From Felis catus (lineage: Eukaryota): a stretch of DNA of 64,000 nt. Of this stretch, positions 23,466-36,391 are shown one piece after another. The DNA lies in NCBI RefSeq assembly GCF_018350175.1, contig NC_058368.1, positions 113,090,001 to 113,154,000 on the forward strand. The letters are read 5' to 3'. The translations under genes were made by a program, and so were the position numbers. Numbering within the stretch: position 1 is the stretch's first letter; every line of letters begins with the position of its first letter. The notes below the pieces were generated by a model that was not told where the DNA came from, made no database searches, and worked only from the letters and a program-made list of their open reading frames with translations.

Positions 23466-24372
23466 TGTGATCTCTCTTCTACATGGAATGTTAAAATCCA
23501 TCCATCCATACCCAATCTCACAGACATGGACCTGCTGCTGGTTGCCAGAAGCAGGAGTTAGAAGGTGACAGACATGGGTAAACTGTGTGGTTATTTTTCT
23601 TGGTTTTTTTTGTTTTTTTTTTTTAGTTCAAGTAAATAGAATAAAAATAAATACACAAGAGTAAACCAAGCCAATAAGGTGCTAAATAAAATACCTTCTT
23701 ACTTCCCACGCACACTTCCATAGGATAAAAAAGACATAGTGTCTTAATAGATGTCTTTCTACCTTGGGTTAATGAGTGATACATTGAAATATTACTAACT
23801 ATCTTGTAGTATTTAAAAAAATTCAGTTTAGTGTCCAGTAATTTTGAAAAGAATTCTTTGTTGTCAGAAAACAATAGAAAAATCTAAGGTAAAGATACAT
23901 GGGGAAATTAGAAAGGAGATCGGGGGGGGGGGCATTGATAACAGTTTAAATATTATTGGTTAATTTATCACCAGGCATAGAGAGAGAAAGTAAAATGGCT
24001 GTGGTACGAATTGTAGGAAGACAATGGGCATTTCTATGAAAAACAAAACCAAACCAGAAATCTGTTATCAGAGAAGCTAAGTGATTATGAATAAAACCGT
24101 AATGAGAAGGAAATTTTACATGTTGGGAAAATAAGATCAAAAATCCCAATTTTTTTAATACACTTTATTGTCAAATTGGTTTCCATACAAAACCCAGTGA
24201 TCATCACAACAGGTGCCCTCCTCAATACCCATCACCCACTTTCCCCCCCTTCCCACCCCCCATCAACCCTCAGTTTGTTCTCAGTATTTAAGAGTCTCTT
24301 ATGGTTTGCCTCCTTCCCTCTCTGTAACTTTTTCCCCCCTTTCCCTCCCACCATGGTCTTCTGTTAAGTTTC

Positions 24373-27300
24373 TCAGGATCCACATATGAGTGAAAACATA
24401 TGGTATATGTCTTTTTCTGCCTGACTTATTTCACTTAGCATAACACTCTCCAGTTCCATCCGTGTTGCTATAAATGGCCAGATTTCATTCTTTCTCATTG
24501 CCACATAGTATTCCATTGTATATATGAACCACATCTTCTTTATCCACTTGTCAGTGGATGGACATTTAGGCTCTTTCCATAATTTGGCAATTTTTGAGAG
24601 TGCTGCTATAAACATTGGGGTACAATTGCCCCTATGCATCAGCACTCCTGTATCCCTTGGGTAAATTCTTAGCCATGCTATTGCTGGGTCATAGGGTACA
24701 TGTATTTTTAATTTTTTGAGGAACCTCCACACTGTTTTCCAGAGTGGCTGCACCAGTTTGCATTCCCACCAACAGTGCAAGAGGGTTCCCGTGTCTCCAC
24801 ATCCTCCCCAGCATCTATAGTCTCCTGATTTGTTCATTTTAGCCACTCTGACCGGCGTGAAGTGATATCTCAGTGTGGTTTTGATTTGTATTTCCCCGAT
24901 AAAGAGTGACGTTGAGCATCTTTTCCTGTGCCTATTGGCCATCTGGATGTCTTCTTTAGAGAAGTATCTATTCATATCTTCTGCCCATTTCTTCACTGGA
25001 TTATTTGTTTTTCAGGTGTGGAGTTTGGTGAGCTCTTTATAGATTTTGGGTACTAGCTCTTTGTCCGATATGTCATTTGCAAGTATCTTTTCCCATTCTG
25101 TAGGTTGCTTTTTAGTATTGTTGATTGTTTCCTTTGCAGTGCAGAAGCTTTTTATCTTCATGAGGTCCCAGTAGTTCATTTTTGCTTTTAATTCCCTTGC
25201 CTTTGGAGATGTGTGGAGCCAGAAAATGCTGGGGCTGAGGTCAGAGAGGTTTTTTCCTGCTTTCTCCTCTAGGGTTTTGATGGTTTCCTGTCTCACATTC
25301 AGGTGCTTTATCCATTTTGAGTTTATTTTTGTGAATTGTGTAAGAAAGTGGTCTAGTTTCATTCTTCTGCGTGTTGCTGTCCAGTTCTCCCAGCACCATT
25401 TGTTAAAGAGACTGTGTTTTTTTCCATTGGATATTCTTTCCTGCTTTGTCAAAGATTAGTTGGCCGTACTTTTGTGGGCCCAATTCTGGAGTCTCTATTC
25501 TATTCCACTGGTCTATGTGACTGTTTTTGTGCCAATACCATGCTTCCTTGATGCTTACAGCTTTGTAGTAGAGGCTAAAGTCTGGGATTGTGATGCCTCC
25601 CGCTTTGGTCTTCTTCTTCAATATTACTTTGGCTATTCGGGGTCTTTTGTGGTTCCATACAAATTTTAGGATTGCTTGTTCTAGCTTCGGGAAAAATGCT
25701 GGTGCAATTTTGATTAGGATTGCATTGAATGTGTAGAAAGCTTTGGGTAGTAGTGACATTTTAACACTTTTATTATTCCAATCCAGGAGCATGGAGTGTT
25801 TTTCCATTTCTTTGTATCTTTTTCAATTTCCTTCATAAGCTTTCTATAGTTTTCAGCATATAGATCTTTTACATCTTTGGTTAGGTTTATTCCTAGGTAT
25901 TTTATGATTCTTGGTGCAATTGTGAATGGGATCAGTTTCTTTATTTGTCTTTCTGTTGCTTCATTATTGGTGTATAAAAATGCAACTGATTTCTGTACAT
26001 GAATTTTGTATCCCACGACTTTGCTGAATTCATGTATCAGTTCTAGCAGACTTTTGGTGGAGTCTTTCAGGTTTTCCATGTAGAGTATCATGTCATCTGC
26101 AAAAAGTGAAAGCTTAACTTCATCTTCCCCAATTTTGATGCCTTTGATTTCCTTTTGTTGTCTGACTGCTGAGGCTAGAACTTCCAACACTATGTTAAAC
26201 AACAGCGGTGAGAGTGGACATCCCTGTCGTGTTCCTGATCCCGGGGGGAAAGCTCTCAGTTTTCCCCATTGAGGATAATATTAACTGTGGGCTTTTCACA
26301 AATGGCTTTTATGATGTTTATGTTCCTTCTATCCTGACTTTCTCCAGGCTTTTTATTAAGAAAGGATGCTGAATTTTGTCAAATGCTTTTTCTGCATCGA
26401 TTGACAGGATCATATGGTTCTTATCTTTTCTTTTGTTAATGTGATGTATCACATTGATTGATTTGCGAATGTTGAACCAGCCCTGCAGCCCAGGAATGAA
26501 TCCCACTTGATCATGGTGAATAATTCTTTTTATATGCTGTTGAATTCAATTTGCTAGTATCTTGTTGAGAATTTTTGCATCCATATTCATCAGGGATATT
26601 GGCTTAGTTATTTTTTTTGCTGGGTCTCTGTCTGTTTTGGGAATCAAAGTAATGCTGGCTTCATAGAATGAGTCTGGAAGTTTTCCTTCCCTTTCTATTT
26701 TTTGGAACAGCTTGAGAAGGATGGGTATTATCTCTGCTTTAAATGTCTGGTCAAATTCCCCTGGGAAGCCATCTGGTCCTGGACTCTTATTTGTTGGGAG
26801 ATTTTCAATAACTGATTCAATTTCTTCACTGGTTATGGGTCTGTCCAAATTTTCTATTTCTTCCTGTTTGAGTTTTGGAAGTGTGTGGGTGCTTAGGAAT
26901 TTGTCCATTACTTCCAGGTTGTCCAGTTTGTTGGCATATAATTTTTCGTAGTACTCCCTGATAATTGCTTGTATTTCTGAGGGATTGGTCATAATAATTC
27001 CATTTTCATTCATGATTTTATCTATTTGGGTCATCTCCCTTTTCTTTTTGAGAGGCCTGGCTAGAGGTTTATCAATTTTGTTTGTTTTTCGAAAAAACCA
27101 ACTCATGGTTTCATTCATCTTCTCTACTGTTTTTTTTTAGATTCTATATTGTTTATTTCTGCTCTGATCTTTATTATTTCTCTTTTTCTGCTGGGTTTGG
27201 GGTGCCTTTACTGTTCTGCTTCTAGTTCCTTTAAGTGTGCTGTTAGATTTTGTATTTGGGATTTTTCTTGTTTCTTGAGATGGGCCTGGATTGCAATGTA

Positions 27301-28194
27301 TTTTCCTCTCAGGACTGCCTTAGCTGCTTCCCAAAGCATTTGGATTGTTGTATTTTCATTTTCATTTGTTTCCATATATATTTTTTAATTTCTTCTCTAA
27401 TTGCCTGGGTGACCCATTCATTCTTTAGTAGGGTGTTCTTTAACCTCCATGCTTTTGGAGGTTTTCCAGACTTTTTCCTGTGGTTGATTTCAAGCTTCAT
27501 AGCATTGTGATCTGTAAGTGTGAATGGTATGATCTCATTCTTTTGTAATTATTAAGGGATGTTTTGTGACCCAGTATGTGATCTGTCTTGGAGAATGTTT
27601 CATGTGCACTCAAGAAGAAAGTATATTCCATTGCTCTGGGATGCACAATTCTAAATATATCTGTCAAGTCCATCTGATCCACTGTATCATTCAGTGCCCT
27701 TATTTCTTGAGTGATTCTCTGTCTAGATGATCTATCTATTGTTGTAAGTGGAGTATTAAAATCCCCTGCAATTACTACATTCTTATCAATAAGGTTGCTT
27801 GTGCTTGTGATTAATTGTTTTAAATATTTGGGGCCTCCAAATTCGGTGCATAGACGTTTATAATTGTTAGCTCTTCCTGATGGATAGATCCTGTAATTAT
27901 TATATAATGCCCTTCTTCATCTCTTGCTACAGCCTTTAATTTAAAGTCTGGTTTGTCTGATATAAGTATGGTTACTCCAGCTTTTCTTTTGGCTTCCAGT
28001 AGCATGATATTTAGTTCTCCATCCCCTCACTTTCAGTCTGAAGGTGTCCTCAGGTCTAAAATGAGTCTCTTGTAGAGAGAAAATAGATGGGTCTTGTTTT
28101 TTTTTATCCATTCTGATACCCTATGTCTTTTGGTTACAGCATTGAGTCCATTTACATTCAGTGTTATTATTGAAAGTTATGGGTTTAGAGTCAT
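24373..28194 (-). pseudogene. L1 ORF2p remnant (endonuclease, reverse transcriptase, Cys-rich domain), broken by stops and frameshifts
   Basis: Track fragments: EN (HQEELTIINVYAPN), [75 protein letters not shown] at 28194 is followed by TAA at codon 6. Confidence 0.95.
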
Positions 28195-28262
28195 GGTGAT
28201 GTCTGTAGGTTTCATGCTTGTAGTGATGTCTCTGGTGCTTTGTGGTCCTTGGAACATTTCAC

Positions 28263-29138
28263 TCAAAGAATCCCCGTAAGGATTTCTTGTAGGGCTGGTT
28301 TAGTGGTGATGAATTCCTTCAGTTTTTGTTTGTTTGGGAAGACCTTTATCTCTCCTTCTATTCTGAATGACAGCCTTGCTGGATAAAGGATTCTCGGCTG
28401 CATATTTTTTCTGTTCATCACAGTGAAGATTTCCTGCCATTGCTTTCTGGCCTGCCAAGTTTCAGTAGATAGGTCTGCTACTACCCTTCTGTATTTTAAG
28501 GGCCGTTTATCCCTAGCTGCTTTCAGAATTTTCTCTTTATCCTTGTATTTTGCCAGTTTCACTGTGATATGTCATGCAGAAGATCGATTCAAGTTACATC
28601 TGAAGGGAGTTCTCTGTGCCTCTTGGATTTCAATGCCTGTTTCCTTCCCCAGATAGGGGAAGTTCTCAGCTATGATTTGTTCAAGTACACCTTCAGCCCC
28701 TTTCTCTCTTCCTCTTCTGGAATTCCTATTATATGGATATTGTTGCGTTTGATTGCATCACTTAGTTCTCTAATTCTCCCCTCATACTCCTGGATTTTTT
28801 ATCTCTCTTTTTCTCAGCTTCCTGTTTTCCATAATTTTATCTTCTAATTGACCTATTCTCCCCTCTGCCTCTTCAAATCTGTGCTGTGGCTGTCTCCATT
28901 TTATTTTGCATCTCATTTATAGCATTTTTTAATTCATCATGACTATTTTTAGTCCCTTGATCTCTGTAGCAATAGATTCTCTGCTGTCCTCTATGCTTTT
29001 TTCAAGCCCAGAAATTAACTTTGTGACTATTATTCTAAATTCTTGTTCCGTTATATTGCTTAAATCGGTTTTGATGAATTTGTTAGCTGTCGCTGCTTCC
29101 TGGGATTTCTTTTGAGCAGAATTCTTCTGTTTTGTCAT
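28263..29138 (-). pseudogene. L1 ORF1p remnant, frameshifted
   Basis: MTKQKNSAQKKSQE... start; C-terminal EKILKAAR, ADLSTETWQARKQW, PRILYPARLSF, LKEFITTKPALQEIL motifs. Confidence 0.93.
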
Positions 29139-30129
29139 TTTGCTTAGTTTTCTGTCCCTTATGTGTTTTAAAAGCTTGTTGTGTGCTCTGCACCTGTGAG
29201 CACTGCTGTATTAAAGGAGGGTCATACACTGTCCAGGGCCTGGCCCTTTGGGAGGTGTTTTTTGGGGATTGTTACTTGCTCTCTATTGTTGGGACTTTTG
29301 TTATTTTATTACCCTACTCGTAGTGATATTTTGGACCCTCCACCAGGTATGGTTTGATTTGTTCCTTGGAGTAGCCCTGTAAAAGAAAACAGACAAACAG
29401 GAGACAAAAACACACAAACACACAAACAAATAACACAAACATTTAAACAAAAACAAAAAACTAAAGACTAAAAAATAAACAAAAAAAACACCCCAAAACA
29501 CTGACGACAAGTAAAGAAGAGGGTGGAGGTGGTGCTGATGGAAGAGCACATACAAAGAAAGAAATGATGGGGGGTTGGGGGGGGAGAAAAAATAAACATT
29601 GATTATTCAGAGAGGCTGAAAGGCTTAATCCAGTGAGAGAGAAAGGAAAATAAAGAAGGAGGTGGGGAAAACGAAACGAAGATAAAGTTACCCAGACAGA
29701 GAAACTATATGGCTTGATTATTCCGGAGAGAGAGGAAGGAGTGTAACAAAGGAGGTGTAGAACATGTATCAGGACAATGGATTAAATATGTCTGTTTAGA
29801 CCAATAACCAGAGTAACCAGCCTAGGGGAGGGAAGAGATAAGGAGGACAAATGGGGGTTGGGGGGAGGATATATTTCCAGAACTGACCTAGAGTTAATCC
29901 AGGCCATGCTGCATTGCTTGTCGGGAGGAGCTGTCCACAGGGTCTGTGCCCCCACGGTAGATACGCAGTTACCCAGTGCAAACGGGCGTGGTTTGGTGTT
30001 ATCTGGATCCATCTCCACTATGGGCCCCTGGAGTGATCCCTGAGGCCCTGCCTTGGTGGTGGTGGTCGGGGGGAATGGTGTTCCCCCAGTCTCTTCTCCA
30101 CGGAGCAGGACTGGTGGACTCCATTTGAG

Positions 30130-30946
30130 TCGTCCTCACTGTGCTGCGGGCGCAGACGGGGCGGTCCTTCTCTCTCCCCCACTCCCCTGACCCTGCGCTT
30201 GGCTAGGATTCAAAGTCCCACTTTGTGCGCTCTGGCCCTGGGGAAGTGCCTCTCTGTGCAGCAATATGTGGTCTCGGCTGGCTGTGTCTGTGCCCCAGCA
30301 CTTCAGGGAGGACCACCTTCTGCAGACTGAGCTGCTGCCCGCGCCGCCAGCCCCCGGGGTGGCGGACACAGGCAGCCTTTGCCTTTTCCCACAGCACTCC
30401 AGGGAGATGGCGGCCTTTTCCTCCTGCAGACTGTGCCCTTGGCCCAGCTACTGGGCCCGGAGGTGGCCGACGCAGGCAGGTTCTGTACTGTCGCGCAGCC
30501 CTCAAGGGAGGGAACCACTTTCTCCAGCTGGGGACTGAACCTCCGACCTACCGCACCCAGGGCTGGCTCCCCTCCTCCCCAGGTGCATGAACAGGGAGCC
30601 GGCTCCAGTCCAAAGAAAGCCCCGCAGTTAGAGATTGGATCCCTCTCAGTCTCAGTCCGAGGTCTCTCTCCGTCCAGATACAGTCCTGCACTTCCCTAGC
30701 CACTCTTTCTCTTCCCTTTGTCTCTCTGCAGAAGGGGGTCCCTCCCCTCCGTGCCCACGTGGCCTTTTTTTTAATCAACCCCAGTTCACAGTTACCCACC
30801 TATCTTTTTTCCAGTTTTCCCATTTTCTTCCTAGTAGATTCAGTCTCTTTTCCTCCCAGGCTCTGGTGTTCAAAGTCCTTTGGCTTCTGCACTTCTTTGA
30901 GAGACTCGGGACATAGGGATTTCTCCACCATGTTGGCCCCTCCTTC
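30130..30946 (-). promoter_or_regulatory. L1 internal promoter region (GC/CpG-rich 5'UTR with a YY1-like motif at the start)
   Basis: CAACATGGTGG near the 5' terminus resembles the AAGATGGC YY1 site at L1 starts; CpG-rich tract at about 30130-30600. Confidence 0.6.
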
Positions 30947-32654
30947 CAAAAATTCCAATTTTTTGATGGTTATGGAGGATCTATTCAATTATTCAGCAAT
31001 CTGAAGCTATCACTTGTGATTAAAATACCAAATGGATAAATGCTGTTTCCCTATAGTCTTGAACCTGTACCAAGGTGAAAAGATGGGGATATTTCAAGGT
31101 GTTTGGATGGTCTGTTCCAGCTGTGAACCAACACTACACCCTAGAGATGTCAATTTCAGAGGCTGATTGTCCAATTCATCTTTTTTCATGTCCTTTCCTC
31201 AGTATTTGTCTTTTTCTTTTACCTTTGTTAGCAAAAGGAGCGACAAATGGCTTTGGAAATGAAATTGGTCGATTTGGGATAAAATGCTAACCCGAATTTT
31301 AGGCATATATAGTTGGGGGTTAAGAAAATCTCTTGGTTTAAATAAAGATTGGGTATCCCTTGAAGGTTTCACTTATTCATATATTTTATGCCTGAGCAAA
31401 CTCCCTTCCATCTGTTTGTGTATTTGTCCCTTACAAATAGATGTTGTCAAACAGTATCAGAAATACATTGAAAAAATACATTCTTTTCAGTAAATATGTG
31501 AGTATGGGATGATGAACAAATGATTGTAATGATACTTTACACATTAAATTCTTGATTATTTGTGCTTTTAAACAGTAAACTAAGGCATTTCCAATTCAGA
31601 GCAGTGAATTGTTACCTGATAATAGACTTTGGATTTTGTTTTGTTTTTCTCGAAGATATTTATCTTGAGTAATTCATGCCAGAGCTGCCTCATTGTCTTG
31701 CTCTGTATTTGACTTAGGGATTGGTTAATACTATTTAAACAGGGATTAAAACGTTCTCCTTGATTTGCTTCATATATTTCCAATTTACTGTGGGACCCTC
31801 AGCACGAGCATACCTGGGGGTGACATAGGGACACACAGATTGGGATTTGAATGGCTACAGACGGTCTCTCCATGCTTCCCTTGTGACCAGCCAAGTTTCC
31901 CTGAGCTGGAGAGCATCTGTCAGCTTTGTTGCTCAGATGTCACACCGCTGGAGCCCAAGGAAGGCCATTACTTACCCGAGTGTACTTTCAGACAGCCCCC
32001 TCCAACCATCTGGCCAAACTGGAGTGAATTCTACAATGGAGGAGTCTTGCCTTACTTTTCAATTCCGGTAGCACAGAGGCAACCATCCTATTATTCTACA
32101 GGTTCGGATGGGAAGAGCAATTAGAGAATGAGAAAATTATGCAGGACTGCAGTCTGAGAGAGCACAGAAATTAGCAATTCATTATTGGTATGGAAACCGT
32201 GACAAGGGGATTTTGAGAGCGGCGGTAGCCTGGCGGAGGCAGCCAGCCTGTGGAAGTTTCTGGCAACACTGTAATAAGCCATTTCCTAATTCAACTGAAC
32301 CAAAGGCTCCTGCCGCCTTAGGAAATTGTTCAGAGCTCTTTCCCCGTCATCTCGGGGCCCCTGATATCCGGAGCCAGCCACTGTGGATGTGATGTTTGCA
32401 GGGCCTATCTGCCAAGACTCTCTATTTGTTTCTGACTTCTTCAGTTCTCTATGTGCCGTTAACCAGTCAGCAGCTGTGGTCTGTCTGTGAGTGCCTCATT
32501 TGCTCTGAATGGGCTCCTCACACCTGCCTGGATCCTAGTACAGCCCCTGACAGAAAAGCCAGTCATGGGACATCCACGTTGGCACCCATTGCATCCCTGG
32601 AGCCCACCTAAAGTCTTAGGACCCATCTAGAGGTGATAGTTATGGAAAAAGAAT

Positions 32655-32880
32655 AACTAGCATTAATTATGGAGTGGTTACTGCTAACCTGAGTTCTTGC
32701 TATGATTCTAAGCATTCTGCATGTTTTTATGTTACTCGATGTTCACAAAACTTCGATAACGTAAGTACAGATATTAATTCCATTTTGCAGATGAGGAAAC
32801 TGAGACGATGGGAGTTTAAGTAACTTGCCCAAAGTCACTCAGCTGGCAAAGGGTAGAGCCAGGGTCCTTGTTTCCTGACC
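32655..32880 (-). mobile_element. MIR
   Basis: cattttgcagatgaggaaactgagac...gtttaagtaacttgcccaaagtcactcagctgg MIR core. Confidence 0.85.
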
Positions 32881-33077
32881 AGTACATTGTGCTTCATCTA
32901 GTTTCTCCTCAGGGTGGGCGTGACAGGTGGCTCTCTGGGTCTGCAGGTTGCCTTAGTCTAAAGTCTGTGCCAAATCTGACTCCCACTCAGTTTTAGGAGG
33001 TGTCAATCTAAAGCCATCTCTTTATCTGTGATGTCTGATTCCTTACCCTGGCTTATGTGATTTTATTACCCACCTCC

Positions 33078-33298
33078 TTTTTTTTTTTTTAATTGTTTAA
33101 TGTTCATTTTTGAGAGACAGACAGATAGACTGTGAGTGGCGGAGGGGGCAGAGAGAGAGGGAGACACAGAATCTGAAGCAGTCTCCAGGCTCTGAGCTGT
33201 CAGCACAGAGCCCAATATGGGGCTTGAACCCATGAAATTTGAGATCACGACCTGAGCCAAAGTTGGATGCTTAACCAACTGAGCCACGCAGGTGCCCC
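33078..33298 (-). mobile_element. Can-SINE
   Basis: T tail through ...actgagccacgcaggtgcccc; degenerate TSD. Confidence 0.94.
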
Positions 33299-33852
33299 GG
33301 GTTTCCCACTTCTTAAAATACAATTAGGATGGTCTGGAGATCATTCATACTCATTGTTCAATCATTTAAATGGAATTGGCCTTTTATTGGGAGTCGTTGC
33401 ATAGACTCTTGCAGGGGTCAGTCCAACCACCTGAAGAATCTGGAAGGGAATGTTGCCCAAGAGACCAGAATTCCTTTCCCTCTGGCTATGGTGATTTTGT
33501 CTTCTTTATTTTACCTGTGGGTGCTTAGTGATGGCTAGTACTGTTAAAGTGTTCAACTAGGCAGCGCTGCCTTGTTATAGAAAAAGTATAAAGCTCCATT
33601 TCTTAGTTACATTGTTCTCCATATTCTTCTGAAATTTAGACACATGAAATTGATATGTATGTAACATACACACAAGTTCTATTAGAGCATTAGGTTGATA
33701 TGGACAGAGGTAGGGTGTTACATATATATCAAAGTTGATGACCTGAGAAGATAGCAGGATGATGAAAGAAATGATACGAACACCTCAGAAGGAGCCAGAG
33801 AACAGATTATGGGAAATGGGGAAGTTCTCACGAATTCTCTGTATCCCTTCAA

Positions 33853-34037
33853 GATAGATAGGTAGATAGACAGACAGATGGAAGGATGGATGAATGGATG
33901 GATGGACAGACTGGATGGATGGATGGATGGACAGACGGACAGACGAAAAGAAAGAGAAAAGAAAAGAAAAGAAAAGAAAAGAAAAGAAAAGAAAAGAAAA
34001 GAAAAGAAGAAAAGAAAGAAAAAGAAAAAGAAAGAGA
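33853..34037. repeat. Compound STR: (GATA)/(GACA)/(GATG)n followed by a (GAAAA)n pure-purine tract
   Basis: Directly visible; 33945-34037 contains only A and G. Confidence 0.95.
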
Positions 34038-34539
34038 TAAAGACAAGCTAGGGCAAGAATGGGTTAGCAAATGGGGAAGGGAGTGCATTTAAGGTAAGAA
34101 TCAACAAGGTAATGTTCTCCTTGGTGACCCCATGAAGCTGTAGTCACCCTCACAAGTTATTGGGTAGGGAGAGATTTAAGTACCATGTCCTTAGTAGCCC
34201 CTGTTGCCTTGGGTGAGGTCTAAGCATCTGCGCAAAGTCTCATGGCACCTCGACTTCAGGCTAGTGGAGTAGCTCTTTTCTGTCTCTTTCCAGGGGATGG
34301 GAAGGGGGGATGATCTCTATAAGACCAGGAGAAGTTTCTCTGCCTCTACTCCAGACAGCAGAAGGATGCTGAGCACTCAGGGACAAGGCAATCACCTGAG
34401 GTGCAGACACAATATACTCTCCTTAGAGAACCAGCACTGTGTCTTTCTCAGGTATTAAGAGCCAAGACTAAGATACACAGTGTCCCTGGGTGGAAAGGCC
34501 CAGTGTTGTGAAGATGTCACCACTCCATGATTCCTCTAA

Positions 34540-35717
34540 AAGTTCAGTGAGTTCCAAATCAAAACTCCAGCAGGATATTTTATAGAAACTATCATACTGA
34601 CTATAAAGTTTATATGGAGGAGATACTGTTGGAAAAAAGAAAGAATGATTGAAAGAACATTAAGAAATGTACTTGACCTAACATATATCAAAACATACAA
34701 CAGAAGTAGAGAAATTAAAACAGAAGAAATGCATGAATAGGTTGTTGGAATAAAACAGAGGAAACAAATGTTAGCTTATGGGAAATAAGAATTCAGCTTA
34801 TGGGAAAGATGGAATTTCACATGGTTAGTCAAAGGGTGAGCTGTTTTCCCCTCACATGGAGAGCTATTTGTCCCAACAGCATTGACCTAATAAAGCTAAA
34901 CATACCCCAGCTCCCCACTGCCAGTATCCAAATATCACTGAGAGGTGCTAGAGAACTCTTTATGTAAGATAATGATGATGTTACATGAAAATGATTAGAA
35001 ATGCTTTGCTAAACCTTAGAGTGAGTTAGGTCTTCTAGGCAGGATACAAAGACCAGAAGTTAAAAAAAAAAACAACTCACTAACCAATGTGTGAAATACA
35101 TTTGAACTCTATGTCAAAGGCATCATCGGGGTGTTTGAAAGATAAGCAATATGGTTTCAACTTGCTGAATGTCATACATTTTCCTAGTAAAATTTGGGGA
35201 AAAACGCAACAGATCAGGAGGGCATGACACAACTTAGAGGCAGGATTAATATTCAGACCATATAAAAAGTACTTCTACATGCCAAACATTGAAAAATTGA
35301 CAAAGAATAAAGATAGGCAGTTAAGAATGAATGCCAACAGACTATAAGCATATGAAAAGTCATTCCACTTGACTAGCAATCAGGGAAATGAAAATTAAAT
35401 CAACAATTAGCTAACATTTCATATCCATTAGACTGAAAATAAATGTATTGATCATATTCTTTTGTTAAGGAAACAGACACTCTCACCCACTCTTGTTTGG
35501 AGTATTCATTGCAAAGCCTTTGGGAGAGCAATTTAAGCAGCATTATCAACAATTTACATGTACACGCTCATTAATCCAGAAATTCTGTATCTCAGATGTA
35601 TTCCAAACATTTTCTTCAAGATTCTTGCGAAGACATTAGGAAAGATGACCATCTTTAGAGGAATAAATAAACTGTTGATGCACACAAACCATGGTCATTA
35701 AAAAGAATGTGAATACA
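34540..35717 (+). mobile_element. Ancient L1ME ORF2 3' remnant
   Basis: ccaaatcaaaactccagcaggatattttatagaaact...taagcatatgaaaagtcattccacttgactagcaatcagggaaatgaaaattaaa...ggaaacagacactctcacccact. Confidence 0.75.
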
Positions 35718-35933
35718 GGGGCGCCTGGGTGGCTCAGTCGGTTAAGCAGCCGACTTCGGCTCAGCTCATGATCTCGCGGTCCGTGAGTTCGAGCCCCGCG
35801 TCAAGCTCTGTGCTGACAGCTCAGGGCCTGGAGCCTGTTTCGGATTCTGTGTCTCCCTCTCTCTGACCCTCCCCCGTTCATGCTCTGTCTCTCTCTGTCT
35901 CAAAAATAAATAAACGTTAAAAAAAATTAAAAA
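35718..35933 (+). mobile_element. Can-SINE
   Basis: Canonical head and tail. Perfect TSD aaaaagaatgtgaataca at 35700-35717 and 35934-35951. Confidence 0.97.
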
Positions 35934-35949
35934 AAAAAGAATGTGAATA

Positions 35950-36059
35950 CATATATATGCATACATATATATGTGTATGTATATATATATATACGCATAC
36001 ATATATATGTGGATATATACATACATAAACATATATATGTGTATATATGCATACATATA

Positions 36060-36094
<35 letters not shown>
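35950..36094. repeat. Compound (TA)/(CA)/(TG) low-complexity microsatellite
   Basis: About 140 bp of near-continuous purine-pyrimidine alternation. Confidence 0.92.
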
Positions 36095-36346
36095 GAATTG
36101 AGCAAAAATGTTTAGAAGCCATTTTTATTTGTCTGTGAGAAAAGCCAGACAGATAACAATTCATGGAACACAATTCCCATTTTATGAAGGGAAAACAAAA
36201 ATACTTGTTTTGCATAAAAACATGACTGGGAAGATGGCCTCAGGATGTCTCATTTCTCTCTCTCCCTGTCCCTTTCTCCCCCTCTCCTCTTCCCCTCTCT
36301 CCTCTTAAAGCTAGTAGTTCAGCCATGTCTCCCTACCTAACCCCTT

Positions 36347-36353
36347 CACACAC

Positions 36354-36391
<38 letters not shown>
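36347..36391. repeat. (CA)n microsatellite with two CG interruptions
   Basis: Directly visible. Confidence 0.95.

Larger units (their letters stand above)
24156..30946 (-). mobile_element. Full-length (about 6.8 kb) felid LINE-1, inactivated
   Basis: 5' end GGAAGGAGGGGCCAACATGG, GC-rich 5'UTR, ORF1 and ORF2 remnants, G-rich 3'UTR, AATAAA. TSD caaaaatcccaatttttt (24138-24155) / caaaaattccaatttttt (30947-30964). Confidence 0.97.

Noticed and set aside
30136..30799. Cluster of GC-rich ORFs on both strands, possible ORF0 analogue or CpG-island gene
   Set aside because: All lie in the L1 5'UTR, where high GC makes stops rare. There is no homology I can recognise, and ORF0 is described for primate L1.
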